Notes under the pieces: model-generated
Seen by the model: only the letters and a program-made list of their open reading frames with translations
Databases searched by the model: none
What the model was told of the DNA's origin: nothing
In this document: in pieces, positions 33,347 to 33,608 of the stretch
How positions within the stretch are numbered: position 1 is the stretch's first letter
Layout of the letters: each line of letters starts with the position of its first letter
Made by a program: the position numbers and the translations under genes
Assembly (NCBI RefSeq): GCF_001194135.2
Contig: NC_068986.1
Span: 58,830,036 to 58,863,643, forward strand
From: Octopus bimaculoides
Lineage: Eukaryota
DNA length: 33,608 nucleotides
Direction of reading: 5' to 3'

Positions 33347-33608
33347 ATTAATATTATCTTCTTTCCCCACAGACTAATAACAGATAAGTTATATATATAT
33401 ATATATATTTTTAGATATGTTTAAAGAATTCTAATTAATTCTAATGTACTTTATTTTATTGTACGTTATAATAGGCTTTAAAAGGATTAGTATTTTTGGA
33501 TATGACTTTCTATGTGTACTCCAGAAAATAAGGTTGTCCTGAAATTGAAGTTTTCGTCCTATTGGTAAAATCCCAAATTTGTAATTATATATATATATAT
33601 ATATATAT

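Overview
This is AT-rich, microsatellite-dense, gapped eukaryotic non-coding DNA with six N-gaps. The SINE families and transposon mix match my recollection of Octopus repeats, but I have not checked this against a database. No host protein-coding gene, real tRNA/rRNA gene or CRISPR array can be supported; the long ORFs in the track come from microsatellites, N-gaps or dead transposons. Supportable content: two decayed Tx1/L1-clade LINEs (one with an internal inversion, one multiply deleted), a mariner remnant, an RTE 3' end, an R4/Dong-type LINE interrupted by a hAT-type MITE, many tRNA-derived SINEs, an unnamed ~200-bp dispersed repeat, and an ~870-bp foldback. The best leads are: (i) a ~206-bp unit at 33.2-33.4 kb bracketed by direct repeats and carrying a Penelope-type hammerhead ribozyme core with a palindromic stem III; (ii) the 13.5-14.4 kb foldback, possibly an inverted Penelope pseudo-LTR pair and a long dsRNA substrate; (iii) a Tx1 copy with the geometry of a twin-priming inversion.
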